A stretch of DNA of 63,407 bases, counting the filler. It is 9 parts of 9 records of this genome, joined end to end, with 100 filler letters (N's around TTAATTAATTAA, not from the genome) between each part and the next. Parts side by side here need not be neighbours in the genome. Positions count along the whole stretch, not along the records: positions 47,365 to 52,801 come from SRR7504441_7232; positions 52,902 to 58,831 come from SRR7504441_7236; positions 58,932 to 63,407 come from SRR7504441_7239; 6 more parts are not named here. One strand, 5' to 3'. This document shows, piece after piece, positions 51,082 to 63,407 of this stretch. Numbering within the stretch: position 1 is the stretch's first letter; each line of letters starts with the position of its first letter. Under the pieces are notes generated by a model that had not been told where the DNA came from, did no database searches, and saw only the letters and a program-made list of their open reading frames with translations. Both the position numbers and the translations under genes were made by a program.

Positions 51082-52631
51082 CTATGCATGGTCGAACTCA
51101 AAGAAATACAACTGCCACAAGCCAAGGGTGTGAAGCCCGCGATAGGCACAGCACCAACCTTGAATGCAAGCGCCACGCCGAGATGAAGGACGGCAAGGAC
51201 TATGCAAGCAATCGTGCCCTGGGCCACAACAAAGTAAAGAGCTCAGCACAACCTGCGGGAGATCACCCGAGCAGGCATCGAGGATGCGACAATTGGGGCC
51301 AGATTGCCCAAGAGCGCACCGCCCGACACTAGAAAGCCGAGGCCAATCACTATCCATTTGACCAGTTCCGAAGGGATGGTACACAAGATCTGATCAACGC
51401 AACTCAGCCCAGAATGGCCCCAAGCCCACCGCTGCAGGGATGAAGATGACCATCACATAGCCATATATGCAAAGCAGGTAAGACAGCGGTATCCCCTCGC
51501 CCAGAGTGTGCAGTGTAAGGTAGAGCAGCAGCGGCACTAGGGTGCAGTAGCCTGCAGGACGCACCACTCAAGCCTCCCGACCCAAATTGGTGCCCTGGCT
51601 GCTAATTGGTTTACAGCTACTGGCAGGTACCGTACACCATGGCGGCTCCCAAAGTGAGCTTCTTGAAATCATACTGCCACACATCCTGGCCAGCTGTCAG
51701 CCTATCCTAGCGCGCATGCTAAGCCCGAGAATGCGCCATGGCCACAGTCAGCCAACTAGCATGCGCCGCCAGTCACATCACTGCTTGAAGAGAAATAGCT
51801 CGCCAGGTTGCCACACATTCCAAAAGCAAACACCAAAGTATTACAGCCCCACAGCGGTCCATACCTATCCACCAATCAACCGCTTGCCCTGCAGACCCGC
51901 CCACATGTCTGGCTTGTTCCCTATCGTCTCGTTGAAAGAACTGTTGAAAGGCGTCACAGCCTTGATTGTGCGCGTTAGAACATCAATCGTGTCCACATCG
52001 AAAAACGACCGCCAGAAGTCGAGCCTGCCCCCACCAGCCGAATCGGCCCAGCTCTGGCAGCCGAGCTCACTTGTAGAATGGCGCCTCGGGGTCAAACGAC
52101 GGCGCTGGTTTGTCGGCATCGACCGGTGCGGGCGCGGGCTGCGGCTGGCCAGGGAACGGTGCGCTCTGCGCCCAAGCTGCCCGCTGGTGAGCCAGGATCC
52201 TGCGGCCGGCCCCATACCGCTGTCGGCCTGCGGAGGCTCGAGCAGCTGCGTGTCTTGACTGGACTTTTGATCCAGCGGGTTTCCTGGGGCAGGTTCAGCC
52301 CGGCCGGCACTGGCCGGGCACCGGAGGCTCCCAGCTGGCCCGGCAGGGGTATGGCCTCGACCTGCTCGACCAGTCAGCCGCCGCCATCCAGCCAAGCGCA
52401 CGGCGCTCCCGTCGTCGATCCCCGCGAAGATCTGGCAATCGCTCAGCGGCGGGCCGGCCGGCGGTGGCACCGCGTCGCCGATCGGGTCGGTCGAGGTGGG
52501 TAGCGAGCTGTCTACGAGCGACGGCACCGCGGACTGGCCGCTGCCGAGGCTGTCGCCTGGGGCCCCGGGTTGGCCGGGCGGCTGAGCCCAGGGTTGCCTG
52601 ATGGAAGTGCCTCGAACGGGTTGTCGGACAT
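51082..52631 (-). CDS. Yip1-domain protein (YIPF1/2-like)
   Basis: FFDVDTIDVLTR, NKPDMYGPLW, LCIYGYVMVIFIP, HLGVALAFK|LYFF; multiple short introns. Confidence 0.8.
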
Positions 52632-52901
52632 GGCAGTAGTTCCGTTCCAACGGACACCACTGCAGCATCATGGACCGGCTGACCGGGTCTCCTGGATCGG
52701 GGAGCTATCGGGGAGCTCCCTCCTCCAGCAAGGGCGGGATATAACCGACGGCGGACCTCATTCATGTCATGAATGACTCTCACCGGATGACTCTTATATT
52801 TNNNNNNNNNNNNNNNNNNNNNNNNNNNNNNNNNNNNNNNNNNNNTTAATTAATTAANNNNNNNNNNNNNNNNNNNNNNNNNNNNNNNNNNNNNNNNNNN
52901 N

Positions 52902-53303
52902 ATGCTCAACCGGAAGCTGTCCATGGCCTGGGAGCAGTGGCAGCAGGTGGCTGCGGAGCTTGCCCGTCAGCAGTATCTGTTGAACGGTGCTATGACCCGG
53001 CTGAGGAACAGGCTGCTGTCAATGGCGTACAATAAGTGGAAGGATGCGTTGGCTGATGCCCGGCACCAGCAATACATGATGACGCAGGCACTTGTCTCGT
53101 GGTGTCTCCGCGACTTGGTCCGGGGGTTCAACACCTGGCGGGCAGTGGCCTACCATTGGCGATACCGCAAGGTGCACGCTGAGCACAAGATGCGGGTCAG
53201 TGTCAAGGACGCCTACCCGGTGGAGTGTTGGCTGCCGACTGCGCTACCGGAGCTGAGCACACCGCTTCCAAAGCTGCCGGCGTTGCCTGCTTGTAATCTG
53301 TAA
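52902..53303 (+). CDS. C-terminus of a protein with Sfi1-like Trp repeats, 5' partial
   Basis: LSMAWEQWQ, LSMAYNKWK and LVRGFNTWR repeat at about 33-aa spacing. Confidence 0.55.
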   Translation: MLNRKLSMAWEQWQQVAAELARQQYLLNGAMTRLRNRLLSMAYNKWKDALADARHQQYMMTQALVSWCLRDLVRGFNTWRAVAYHWRYRKVHAEHKMRVSVKDAYPVECWLPTALPELSTPLPKLPALPACNL

Positions 53304-53611
53304 ACATCACCCATGGCTATCATGGTGCTTGCCTCAGAAAAAAAAATGTGTCATTCGTCTACTACAGTATGTACGAGTAATCTTATGTACCCGTAATGGC
53401 ATATGCTCGCGTAAACGTGCCGTGCCCTTACCGTGCCTTAGTATAAGCCTTTCGTGGAAGCAACTCCGCAGCTCGTCGAGTCTACGCTTAATTCAAGCTG
53501 CACTGACGTACGCATCGCTTCAATCGCTCACGCGCTCATCTAATCGTCCGTAGTGACTTAGTAGTGACTCCGCACCGATGCTGAAACCCTGGCCAGGCAT
53601 GTGCTGCAGCT

Positions 53612-56600
53612 ATGCTGCAGCATGTGGAGATATCCAACGGCAACAACTCGGCGCGGCTGGTACATTGGGCCAGCACCGCCGGGGGATTAGCCACGGTAGA
53701 TTGGGCCAGCACCGCCGGGAGATTAGCTCGGCCGGGGCGCGTGTGTGCCATGTACCGCCCAATCGACGACGCACTCGCCCGTCGGAAGGATCGGGAGACT
53801 CCCCACTGGCTGTGCGAAGACACCGAGTCCGGAGCAAACGCCTTGGAGCGTTGGCTGGGAATCGCCGGCGAGGAGTCGGAGGACACAGAAACGAGCTCTG
53901 ACACGGAAGACGAGTCTGAGCAGGCGGCCAATTCTAGTGCCAGGCACTCCAAGTTTGTCGTGAGTAGCTCGGGACGTGGCCTGGAGGCGATCGTCGGGCT
54001 TCAGCTCGATGCGCTCAATGGCGAGCCCCTCGATGGGGGCAAGTCGGTTTCTGAGCTGTGGGCCATGATTCAGACTGCACCGCGGCCGCTGGTCTTCCAC
54101 TTGAAAGGCCTGATGCCGCTGCACATTGCGGCAGAGCTGGAACCGCTGCCGAGTGCCACGGATCAAGCAGAGCTCTGCATGGCTACAGCCGGTCTAGCCG
54201 GGCTAGAGCTCGAGAGCAGCGACGACGAACAACTAGTCCAGGAGGTCGAAGTGGAATTCCGATGGAGTGGCTTGGGTCTGCCAGAATTCTCACTCGAGCC
54301 AGCTGGATGTCGTGGGCTGGAGCCAGCGGAATTCGCTCATCACCAGCACGAGATTCTCTCTCGAGTTCTGGAGGCAATGCACCCGTCGACTCAACAGCTC
54401 GCCAGGTTACTGCCGTCCTCCTCGCAGAGTTGTGACTTCTACTGACAGGCTTCGAGCCGTTTCGCCGAAGTGGCGCCAGACCTGCAATCTTGTCTTATCT
54501 TCATCTCTGCTTGAGCTGGGCTTGCGGCAGCCACAACCACAGACGCGCTCTCTCGAAGCCCTCGCAGCGCTGCCAGCCGCCGAACTGTATCAGCTGCTGC
54601 TGGCGTACAACGTTCGCTATGATGAAAGCTATTCGCGGAAGCAGCTCGAGACTAGGCTGCACTGCGCATCGCCCATCTGGCTGCAAGACCTCTCCCTCTG
54701 CGCCGTCAGCACCGATGCTGAAGCCCTGGCCAGCTTGGCGATGCTGCCATCAGTGTACGGTATTGTCATCAATGGGGCTAACGGGCAGGGCGAGCGAACG
54801 ACAGTCGGTCAGTTGATGTTCAGCGATCGCCTCTTAGCAGACCTGCCGCTCACGCGAAAGTTGGAGCGGTGCCGCATAAGTCGGTGCTCAATTGGCGAAA
54901 CAATCGTGCTCGTGAGCCAGCTGGGCGAAAGTGACAGCATACGGAGCCTCGAACTAGATTGTCAGAGTGACTGCCCCGCTGGCCAGCGAGCTGACTGCCT
55001 GGGGTGCAGGTCTGACAACAGCCAAAAGTTCTGAGGATGCCCACGCCAGGGCACAGCTGGGATCGGTTCTTGTGCAACGAGTAGCTGAACTGGAGTTGGG
55101 CAACCTGAGCTGGCTGGAGCTCACGGGCGCTGGGATCGATCCAGCGGGGCTCGGGGTCCTGAGCGAGATGCTGAATAGCCAGTTGGGCCAGCTTCGGATG
55201 CTCGACCTCAAAGACAATGTGCGCTTGCGTGCCGCCCGGCTGACCGAGTGCGTGTCGTGTAGTATTTGATTGGGCCCCACTGGAGAGCACTGACGCCCAG
55301 CCCAGATATCCTGGTGAGCTCCTTGCTGGATACAGTGCTGTTTATCTGGTGGTATGTCGCAGCAAATCAATGGGCAGAGCATCACCATCAATCAAAACAG
55401 CGTTGGCCTGGCTAGCCTGCTTGCTTCTGTGGGCACCCACCCATCGCTGACATGTCTAGACATTCGTTTCAACCATCTTTCCTGTTTGGAACTGGCGGAT
55501 CCAATTACATCAATGATCGATGCAGCGCTTGAGAACCCCTCCTGCCGGCTCCAGAGCCTCGGGCTGCCCGCCGAATGCCACATGAGCCGAGGCCAAGCAC
55601 AGAGTCGAAGTCAAGCTGCGGCGGCTGAGCGACTTGGCCAAGCACTGGGAAAGTTCCTTCGAAGTGACCATCCGTGCGATTTGACGGGCCGGCCCCAACT
55701 GATGCTGACCGATGCAACCATCTTCTACGATAAGTCGTCCCCCCCGATAGCTGCTTTCACAGGCAGCAAGCACCATCTCACGCTCATTGATTCACTCTCT
55801 GGCTCTGGCAACCTAGTGAAAATGACGATCTATATGCAGACATCAGCCACTTATCTCCAGACCTTGGACTTACGTTGCACGCATATCTTCGAATCGGGTC
55901 TCAGGACTATCGTGCGAATCCTGATGGACACTGAGCTTTACAAGGCGCCAGTAAAACGGCTGCTTCTGGGTGCTGCGGCCATAACCAATGTGTGGACTGA
56001 CAAGCTGAAGTCTAGTACTCGCAGAAACAGTAAATTCTACAATCGAGAGCGGTACTCCGTCGCTGCCGTGTTCCATCTGGCCATTGCTCTACGTACCCAC
56101 CCCACTATTGAGGAGCTGGACCTGAGTTACAATTGCCTTGGTGTGACAGGCGCTGCTGCAGCAGCAGTGATACTCCGTTCGGGCAATTTGAAGCTTCTCG
56201 ACCTCTCGCATAACGAGCTTTCAGGCGCAAGGAGCCACCCATGCAGTGTGCAGTCGGACCAGCATGCTTGCTGCGGCATTCCAATTTCGGGACTGGGCCA
56301 GCCATCGCCGCTTGAAGTTGAAACCGCCTCCAGCTCGTTCAATTTTGAGGGGCTCGCTGCAATGAGTGACAAACTAACCAGTAACACCGTTTTGAGGACC
56401 CTGGACCTCAGTGGCAACCGCCTCGATGACAGCGAGAGCACTGGCTCGCGGATGCTTGCGAAAGCGCTGTTGCACAACCGCACTCTACAGACACTGCTAC
56501 TAACAGACTCAGCCTCGGCAGGCTGCCAGCGCCATGGCTGGGAGCAGGAGACGCCCATTGCCGAGCGGGGCATTCCTGTGCAGCAGCTGCGGTGCTGGCG

Positions 56601-57240
56601 CTCCAAGATCGACCTGCAAGGCCGCAACCTGTCCGTCAGCGATGGACTATTTATTGCGCACTACTTGGAGCTGCTATGGGAAGAGAAGCAGCCTACCAAA
56701 GAGATGGTGATCAACCTGTCTGATAATAGACTCAGAGGCGTGGAATTCTGGAGGAGTTATTGCTTTTGGCACGACCGGCGCCTGTTGAGTAAGGAGTTCG
56801 TGTTCCTGTCGGCCCTTTTCGACGTCGAACAGATGGAGCCGCACAACCTCATCTCGGAGTTCTGCTTTGAGGATCCGGGAGACGCCATAGCACGGATCGA
56901 GAGCTGGCTGATCCATGGTGGCGGCACCGAGCCCCAGTGCTACTCGGCCTACTGTCTGCTGCATGCGATGGCTACGATGGTCGAGATGCCAACCATTGTC
57001 AGCCCGCCACCAGAACTCTGCCTGCAGAGCAACAGCTTTCGTCAAGATGTTTTCCATCTGATCGATTTGATTGCTCCAGAGCGGTGTGGGAGCTATTCCG
57101 CGAAGGCCGAAGTTGCACTGCGCCGAGTGACGACACTAACTAAACGGCAAGTCAAGTTTGTCCTCGACCTCAAGCCGCCGATCATTCCTGAGGTGTGCTT
57201 GTTCCGTTACGTTCAGGCCAATCGGCTCGAGACAGCATAA
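53612..57240 (+). CDS. Leucine-rich-repeat protein (ribonuclease-inhibitor-like) with a possible F-box-like motif
   Basis: LTCLDIRFN, IEELDLSYNCLG, LKLLDLSHNEL, LRTLDLSGNRL; spliced HEILSRVL...LARLRAVSPKWR. Confidence 0.65.
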
Positions 57241-57393
57241 GCCCCGTTTAAGCAAGGCATTCCGATAATCAACGTTAAGAAAGACTCAGCAGTCTGTCGA
57301 CTTGTGTAGTGCTACAAGCGGCCAGCTACCGAGTATTCAAGGCTTTAATAATTGATAAGTAGACTCTAATCAATCGTAAAGTAATTAGTTGTG

Positions 57394-58159
57394 CTATCCT
57401 TTGCCTTCGTGCGTGTCAATCGACCCCGTGTGTGCCAGCACCGTGCACAGCCACTGCATCGGCTCCTTAAGCGTCCGCGCGTCGGCTGCCCGCACTGAGT
57501 AGCAGTTGGCCGCCATCACCTGACCGGGCTCAGCCTTGCCAGAAGCCCCCCGCACCAACGAGGCCGTCCACTTCATCTGGACCGCCGTCTGGTTGGCCGC
57601 CTCAGCCACCACCCCCTGATAGTCATCCTCGCTCTGCTTGTCCTTCCGTAGCGTGTCTACCCACGCGGTTCAGCCGGCTCGCTGCCGGGGCCCACCGGTC
57701 TTGTTCACCAGGTAGAGCACCGCCGCGTTCTTGCAGCCCCCCTTCATCATCATGGTGCGAAGCACCCGCTCGAGCGCGGCGTACTCCTTGTCCTTGAGCC
57801 GGTAGTCCGACCCCAGGTCCTTGGCGTCGAGCACCACCACCAGCGCGTCTATCCCGCCCATGTGGAGCCCGAGCTTGCCGAACACCTGCACCGGCTCCGC
57901 ACCCAAACCGAGCCCAGCCCACCGCGCTGTCGCCCAGGTCGGCCAGCTGCACCCGGCCCAGGGTGAGTGCCATGCCCTCGGCGCTCAGTTGGCTCACGGC
58001 CACCGTCTTGCCGGACATGAACGCCTGGTCCGACCCGGGATCCTCGGTGCACCCGAACGCCTCGTTTAGCGCCGCGATCACCGTCTTCTTGCCAGCCTGC
58101 TTGGTGCCGCACACCACCACATTGGCCCGGCGGCGCAGCTCGGACGGGGAGTTGCCCAT
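57394..58159 (-). CDS. Divergent Arf/Arl-like small GTPase
   Basis: MGN start, VVVCGTKQAGKKT, IDALVVVLDAKD, VLYLVNKTD, EPMQWL; two introns. Confidence 0.65.
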
Positions 58160-58530
58160 GCGCTGCGAGAATTGCCCTCAAGACCCGGCCGTCTCCAGTG
58201 CGGCGCCGCCGCTACCAGGCGTGCCCCAGATCTGCCAACGGACTTGATCAGTTCTTCGCCCAGATGGACTGAGGCCAACGAACAGCAGCCTACGTGTGTA
58301 TTGTAAATATTGCGTCTACAGCTAGAGTCGAGAGTCGAGAGTCGAGCTTTGAATCAAGGCTCAAGTAGTAAAGGCTACAGTAGGTGGCACCCGATCGAAC
58401 ACCAAGCGGCTCCGGCCCGCAATCATATGCATGTGTGAACACAATCATGATCTTTAAACACATGATCTTTAATGTTAGATCATCTTGCCGGCCCAGCCAT
58501 GCATGTTAATGTAATCGTGCCTAAGCTTAG

Positions 58531-58831
58531 TTACATCAGGTCAGAGTGTACACGGTCGTAAACCACTTCCCGCGGAATAAGGTCAGACTTGAAGCTGATG
58601 ACTTGCGGATCAGAACACGTCTGGACTTGATGTCGCGTCTCTGCTCGCAGAGACGCGACATCGAGTCTAGCAAGCAAGAACATCGAGATAGCAAGCAAGC
58701 ACGAGAGCAGCACCAGCGGCCCGATACCAAACTCTAGGTCAACCATCACAAACATGGCCATCCCGCTCCCCAGCACAACAGACAGGACCACGAACATCCG
58801 GACCGGCACCTGCACTAGTGCACGCCTGGCC
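58531..58831 (-). CDS. C-terminal fragment with two TM segments, 5' partial
   Basis: Hydrophobic ORF 58531-58815 preceded by an acceptor-like site. Confidence 0.4.
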
Positions 58832-58931
58832 NNNNNNNNNNNNNNNNNNNNNNNNNNNNNNNNNNNNNNNNNNNNTTAATTAATTAANNNNNNNNNNNNN
58901 NNNNNNNNNNNNNNNNNNNNNNNNNNNNNNN

Positions 58932-61900
58932 CACTGGCCAAAGAGGAGTCGCAGAAGGCCGCCCGAGTCAGTGCTGCATTATTTGGCAGGTGCAGGCTGC
59001 GCCACATTTCTTCTACCGTCGACGAAGCGACCGATGAGTCGCCACCAGGCATAACAGCGCGCAGCATGTGCGTTGCCTCGCCACGCGAGAGCGCTCCCGA
59101 TTCATTGGCGTCGAAAGCGTCGAATATGGCTCCAGCCTGCCAGTCACCCTTAATTGGCGTGTCGTAGCAGTGTCGAGACCTTCTCAGTGTGCGTACCGCC
59201 GGTGCAAATGAGCGCCATGCCTACCTGGAACTCCCGCCAGTCCACTTGGCCATCCCCATTGGTGTCGAAAGCGTCGAACAGCGACGAGAGCAGTGCCGCA
59301 TTCCCACTAGGCCCAGCCAGTCGGCTGCACAGGCTTTGCATGGCAGCTGCAAGCCCAAATAGTAAGTCGCTGCCTGAAATCTCAGTCTACCTCGGTGCAG
59401 CTTGCCGCCTTTGGACCGCGAGGCGAACGCGTTCTTCATCGCCTTCCAGTCCAGCTGACCCTTCATGTTACTAGATGCTGTGCCCGGTTGGCTCTTGAGT
59501 TGGTGCAGTGTGATGGCGTAGGAGCCGTCAAATCGGTGCATCGACTCGGTGCCCGGGCCGTTCCTGTCAGCGTGCACGCGCTCTTTGTGTGCCTTAATCC
59601 GCAGCGCAGGGCTCGTGGGTGGGGATCCTTGGTCAGGCGATGGGTGCACAGCAATCGGGCTTGAAGGGGCCGACCAGGAGGCCGAATTGATTAGTACCGG
59701 CGGCATCACGTTCAGAGCGGGCAAGCGAGCAGCGCTGGTTAGTCGTTGCTTGAGCCGGTGGGCCCGCTGCTCCAACAGGTCGAGAGCTGGGCTGGTCACC
59801 TGACCACAGGCTCACCCGAGGCACCACGAGCGTGATGGCACCATGCCGCGATAAAACTGGTGGAGCGTGAGCTGGGGAGTATGCTGGAACAGGCGGCTAC
59901 ATAGCCTGGGCAGACTGTCGTCGGGCTCGGTGACCTGCATCTGGAGCATTCGGGTCACGTCTTGCTGCTTAAGCAGGCCGTCGCAGTCAGCGTCGAATGC
60001 CTTGAACACGATGGCTAGTCTGTCTCTTGTCGAAGCTCGACACAGCAGCGCAAGCATTGCTTTAGCCTCTGCCACATCAATCACACCCGTGCCTTTGCAG
60101 TCTAGCGCTTGCGACAGCCCTGCTAGCGCAGCAGTTTTCAGCCCGAGCACCGAGGTTAGTGCCTGCCCACCAGTCTCCAGACGCCCAGGGAGAGTCACCT
60201 GGCTGAATCGGCCATGCGACATCCGAGGCTGATTAGCCCTGTCGAGCGCAACGCACACTGCCGAGATGTCCCAGGACTCAATAGTCTTGCCCTGGATCAG
60301 CTGGCTGTCACTGCCGGAGGCACAATGGCTCGGGTCCCTGAGCTTGACTAGCTTCTGGTGCACCCACCGCTCTACATCTTTCTGCAATTGGCATGAGCGG
60401 AAGCTGTGCAGGCTAATCGCCCCGGAAGCACCGCACTCCTTCATCGTATCATCCACAGACTGGGCCACCAGCGAGCTGTGCGACGCCTCGGGCAGCAGCG
60501 CCTGGATCAGTCCGTGCATGTCGCTCCTTGAAATCGCCCCATCCCCGTCCTGCTTGCAAAGTCAGCCAAGCGAGCCAGTGCACACCCACCAGGTCGAGTA
60601 ACTCAAACAGCAGCACAAGCTTCTCGTGCGTCCCACCTGCGCCCCGCTCGCCCACCAGAGCCACCTCCAGGCCACCGTTCGAGGCCACCCAAAGCACCCC
60701 ACTAAAGCTGTCCCACGGCACCGCAGCCTTGCCCCTGCCGGCCGCCGCCACATTGAACATTCGCTCCACCAACACATCCATGTCTCGTGTGCTGCTCATT
60801 TGAGCCTGCCCACAGGCTCAACCAGTGCCCAGAGCCTGGCCACACCAGTTCGCGCACGGCTTTGCCAAATCCATCCAGGTCGAGCTTTGTGGCTCCAATC
60901 TTGCAGCTTTTCTCAAAGCTGGCTCGCACCTTTTGGTACATCGGATCTGACCAGCAACAGCTCCAACTGCACGCGAGCCCCACCGGCCGGCTGACACACC
61001 CGGTGAGCCGCCAGCCCATCCCGCGCTCACCGCGTTGGCAGCTGCGCAGCAAGTCGTCGGATCAAATCAGCGCAGTCGTTGCAGAATCGCGTGAGCCACC
61101 GACTCAGCCTTGGCTCGCCAGTGCCCCAGGCTTCGAGCTTCTCGAGCGACATCTGGTCGCCCATCGCGAAGAAGGCCTCCTCAACCATCCCGGTCAGCCC
61201 AGCCTTAACTGCCTCCCGCTCCCGCTGCAGCCGACCGGCCACTCCGCCGCCCCAAAGAGCCGCATCCCCCGCCCCGACACACAGCGCAGTGAGCATCCTG
61301 TGCAGCTGCATCTGATTAATCTGGGCGCTTGGACCGGCCAGCAGCTTGAATATGGCGCTCAGCCGTTGCACGTTGGTCCCATTAGCTGCCGCTAGCAGAA
61401 CCATCATCGCTTCGACAGGTGAGGCAGTCCGGTCATGATGCGTGTCGAGTGCTGAGAGCAGCAGCTGCCCGAGCTCCTGCCTGTCGCCACGCTGGCTGCG
61501 GGCACACTTGGCATGCGCACCGGGCCGGTTCGTCCTGGATTATCTCTAGCCGGCGCAGCAAGCCCTGCAGCTGTGCGAGCCCCCTGCCCACCATCCGACA
61601 CAGCCCCCTGAGCCAAACACACACCATCTGACTCCGCCTGCACGCTCGGCCGGCTTGTCGGCCGCCAGCACTTGGGCCACAGTACAAGCCGCCAGTGGGT
61701 TGCGCCCGGCCTCCGCCTGTGCTTCGGCCTCCTGCCCAGTGGCTAGGCTACGGGCTGCAGGTCTGGAATACCAACGAATCTAGCGAATCGAGCCTTTGCT
61801 TGGCTAGTCTCTTCACCTTGTCAGCCACCTCGCGCTCCTGCACCGTCTGCCACCGGCTCAGCCCCCCCCCTCTCTGCCAGCCACCTCGAGCAGCGCCTGA

Positions 61901-62958
61901 TCCACTGCCAGTCCGACCCTGTCGCCCGACCGCGGCTGCAGCCTGGCAAGCGTGTTGCCGATCTGCTGATCGAGCTCGGCCTGACTCGACTCGCGCCGGC
62001 GCACAGCTGCCCCCAGATGCAGCCGGCACGCGGACGACACACCTAGCTGCGTGCATGCCTGCTCGGCCAGCTCCTGCCTGACTGCTTCCAGCACCAGCTG
62101 GAGCACGACTGGTTCATTTGGGTCACCGTTCGGCTCTGGGTTGTGGCTCGTCTGCAACCAACTCACCCGGGCCGTGGGCAGGCGCGCACCCAGACGTGAG
62201 GTGACTGGACTGGCTGGTGCGTGGGGACTGCGCCGAGCCATGCAGGAGCCGCCTGCTGCCTCTGCCCGAGTGCTAGCTGCATCGAGAGCGCTGCTACCCT
62301 CCGCTCGAGCAGCGCAGCAGCAGCGTGCTCCGATAGCGGCGGCGGAGCGGCAACCGCCGGCGCCACAGCCGGGGCCGGCTCCGGCGCGGCCGCTTGCTGC
62401 TCGGCGGCAGCCTCGACTGCAGCAGCCGCTTCGGCTGCAGCCGCCGCCTGCTCTGCTGCCTGCAGCTTGGCCGCTCTCAGTTGCTCCGCTTGACGCCGGG
62501 CCACCGCCTCGGCCTCCGCCACTAGCCGCGGCTCCAGCTCAAGCGGCAGCCGCCAGGGCGCGCCTACGGCTCAGGTCAGGCCAGGTAGTAGGTGCCGCAC
62601 CAGTCGGCACCGCCAGCTCGACCAGGGCACAGAGCGACTGGACCGCAGCCTGCCCCGGGCTGGCCGGGAGGTCGGGCCGGCGCACCGCGACTGTGGGCCG
62701 CTTGAGCAGCAGCTCGGTCAGCACAAAGCTGACAGTCTCGACACCCGACAGCTCGGCATCCGCAGCCAGCTCGCGCTCAGGCGCCACGGCAGGGTAATTG
62801 GCCCGGAAAGCCTGGAGCACACGCTGGGTGCTGTGCGGCCCAGCCCCGCGCTCGAACGCCCGGCACAGCCCGCCGAGCTGCTTGAGATTCAGTTTGCCCG
62901 TGAAGATTGTGCCAGCCATCCTGGCTTGGTTCACCATCCGTGAACTCATACCGGTCAT
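58932..62958 (-). CDS. Large multi-EF-hand protein (recoverin/calcineurin-B-like repeats), 3' partial
   Basis: FDADCDGLLKQQD, FDTNGDGQVDWREF, FDANESGALSRGE, EKLVLLFELL; many short introns; start uncertain. Confidence 0.65.
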
Positions 62959-63339
62959 ACAAGTACGATAGAGTTAGGAGTAGAGCCAATACCTATAGTC
63001 AGTACCGGTACTAAGACTCGGACCCACCTCGGAACTCGACCCCTATGGGAGGCCGGGAGGCCCGCACCGATTATAGGCGACGTGGGCCTGAGGGGCACTG
63101 CGCATGCGGCGAACGATTAAACGATGGCGACGGGCATGGCGACGGGGGCCGGGCCTCATCCCGACGGCCGGTGATGGGCTGATGCATGCCTCGGACCCAA
63201 TGAGCTTGCCCCGCGGCCGGCTGGCTGCGAGTTTGTGAAGATATGATTGTGAAGATTCATCATCACAGAAAAACGGCAAAGCCGTTACGGATTCGCCAAG
63301 GAGTCGCCACGCGAAGTGAACAGGCAGGAAGCGGCTCCA

Positions 63340-63407
63340 ATGGCGATTCTAGTGAGTGGAGCCAAGTCGCTCGTGGGCAAGGCCCTGGCCGAGTTCTTCG
63401 CCATGAT
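63340..63407 (+). CDS. Possible gene start cut by the window end
   Basis: MAILVSGAKSLVGKALAEFFAM could be a Rossmann-fold or a MIP-family N-terminus; too short to decide. Confidence 0.35.
   Translation, partial: MAILVSGAKSLVGKALAEFFAM

Overview
This is not prokaryotic DNA. It is nine contigs of a compact, GC-rich, unicellular eukaryote genome, joined by eight artificial 100-nt spacers (N44-TTAATTAATTAA-N44). The lineage cannot be fixed from this window. I hand-spliced about 30 genes. Recognisable ones are CSN3, a CBP/p300-type acetyltransferase, organellar RecA, CDK7, SDA1, YKT6, Yip1, a NIPA transporter, LOG, a sulfatase, a FabG-like SDR, PLAC8, an ATG27/M6PR-like protein, a DUF900-type hydrolase, a rhodanese, and LRR, EF-hand and Arf-like proteins. 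Introns are very short (mostly 36-46 nt) and about a fifth have GC donors. Divergent start codons are only 5-102 bp apart, and these spacers usually carry a Myb-like AACGG motif, sometimes as an inverted pair. The most striking signal looks like intron birth in progress. A 41-nt intron (49928-49968) consists of a perfect 24-bp exon duplication around CAG|GT plus (TTAGGG)3 telomeric filler. Two more telomere-repeat-plus-duplication insertions occur at 45851 and 35087. Two 44-nt introns in one gene are 39/44 identical despite sitting at unrelated positions. All gene models are manual and lack transcript support.
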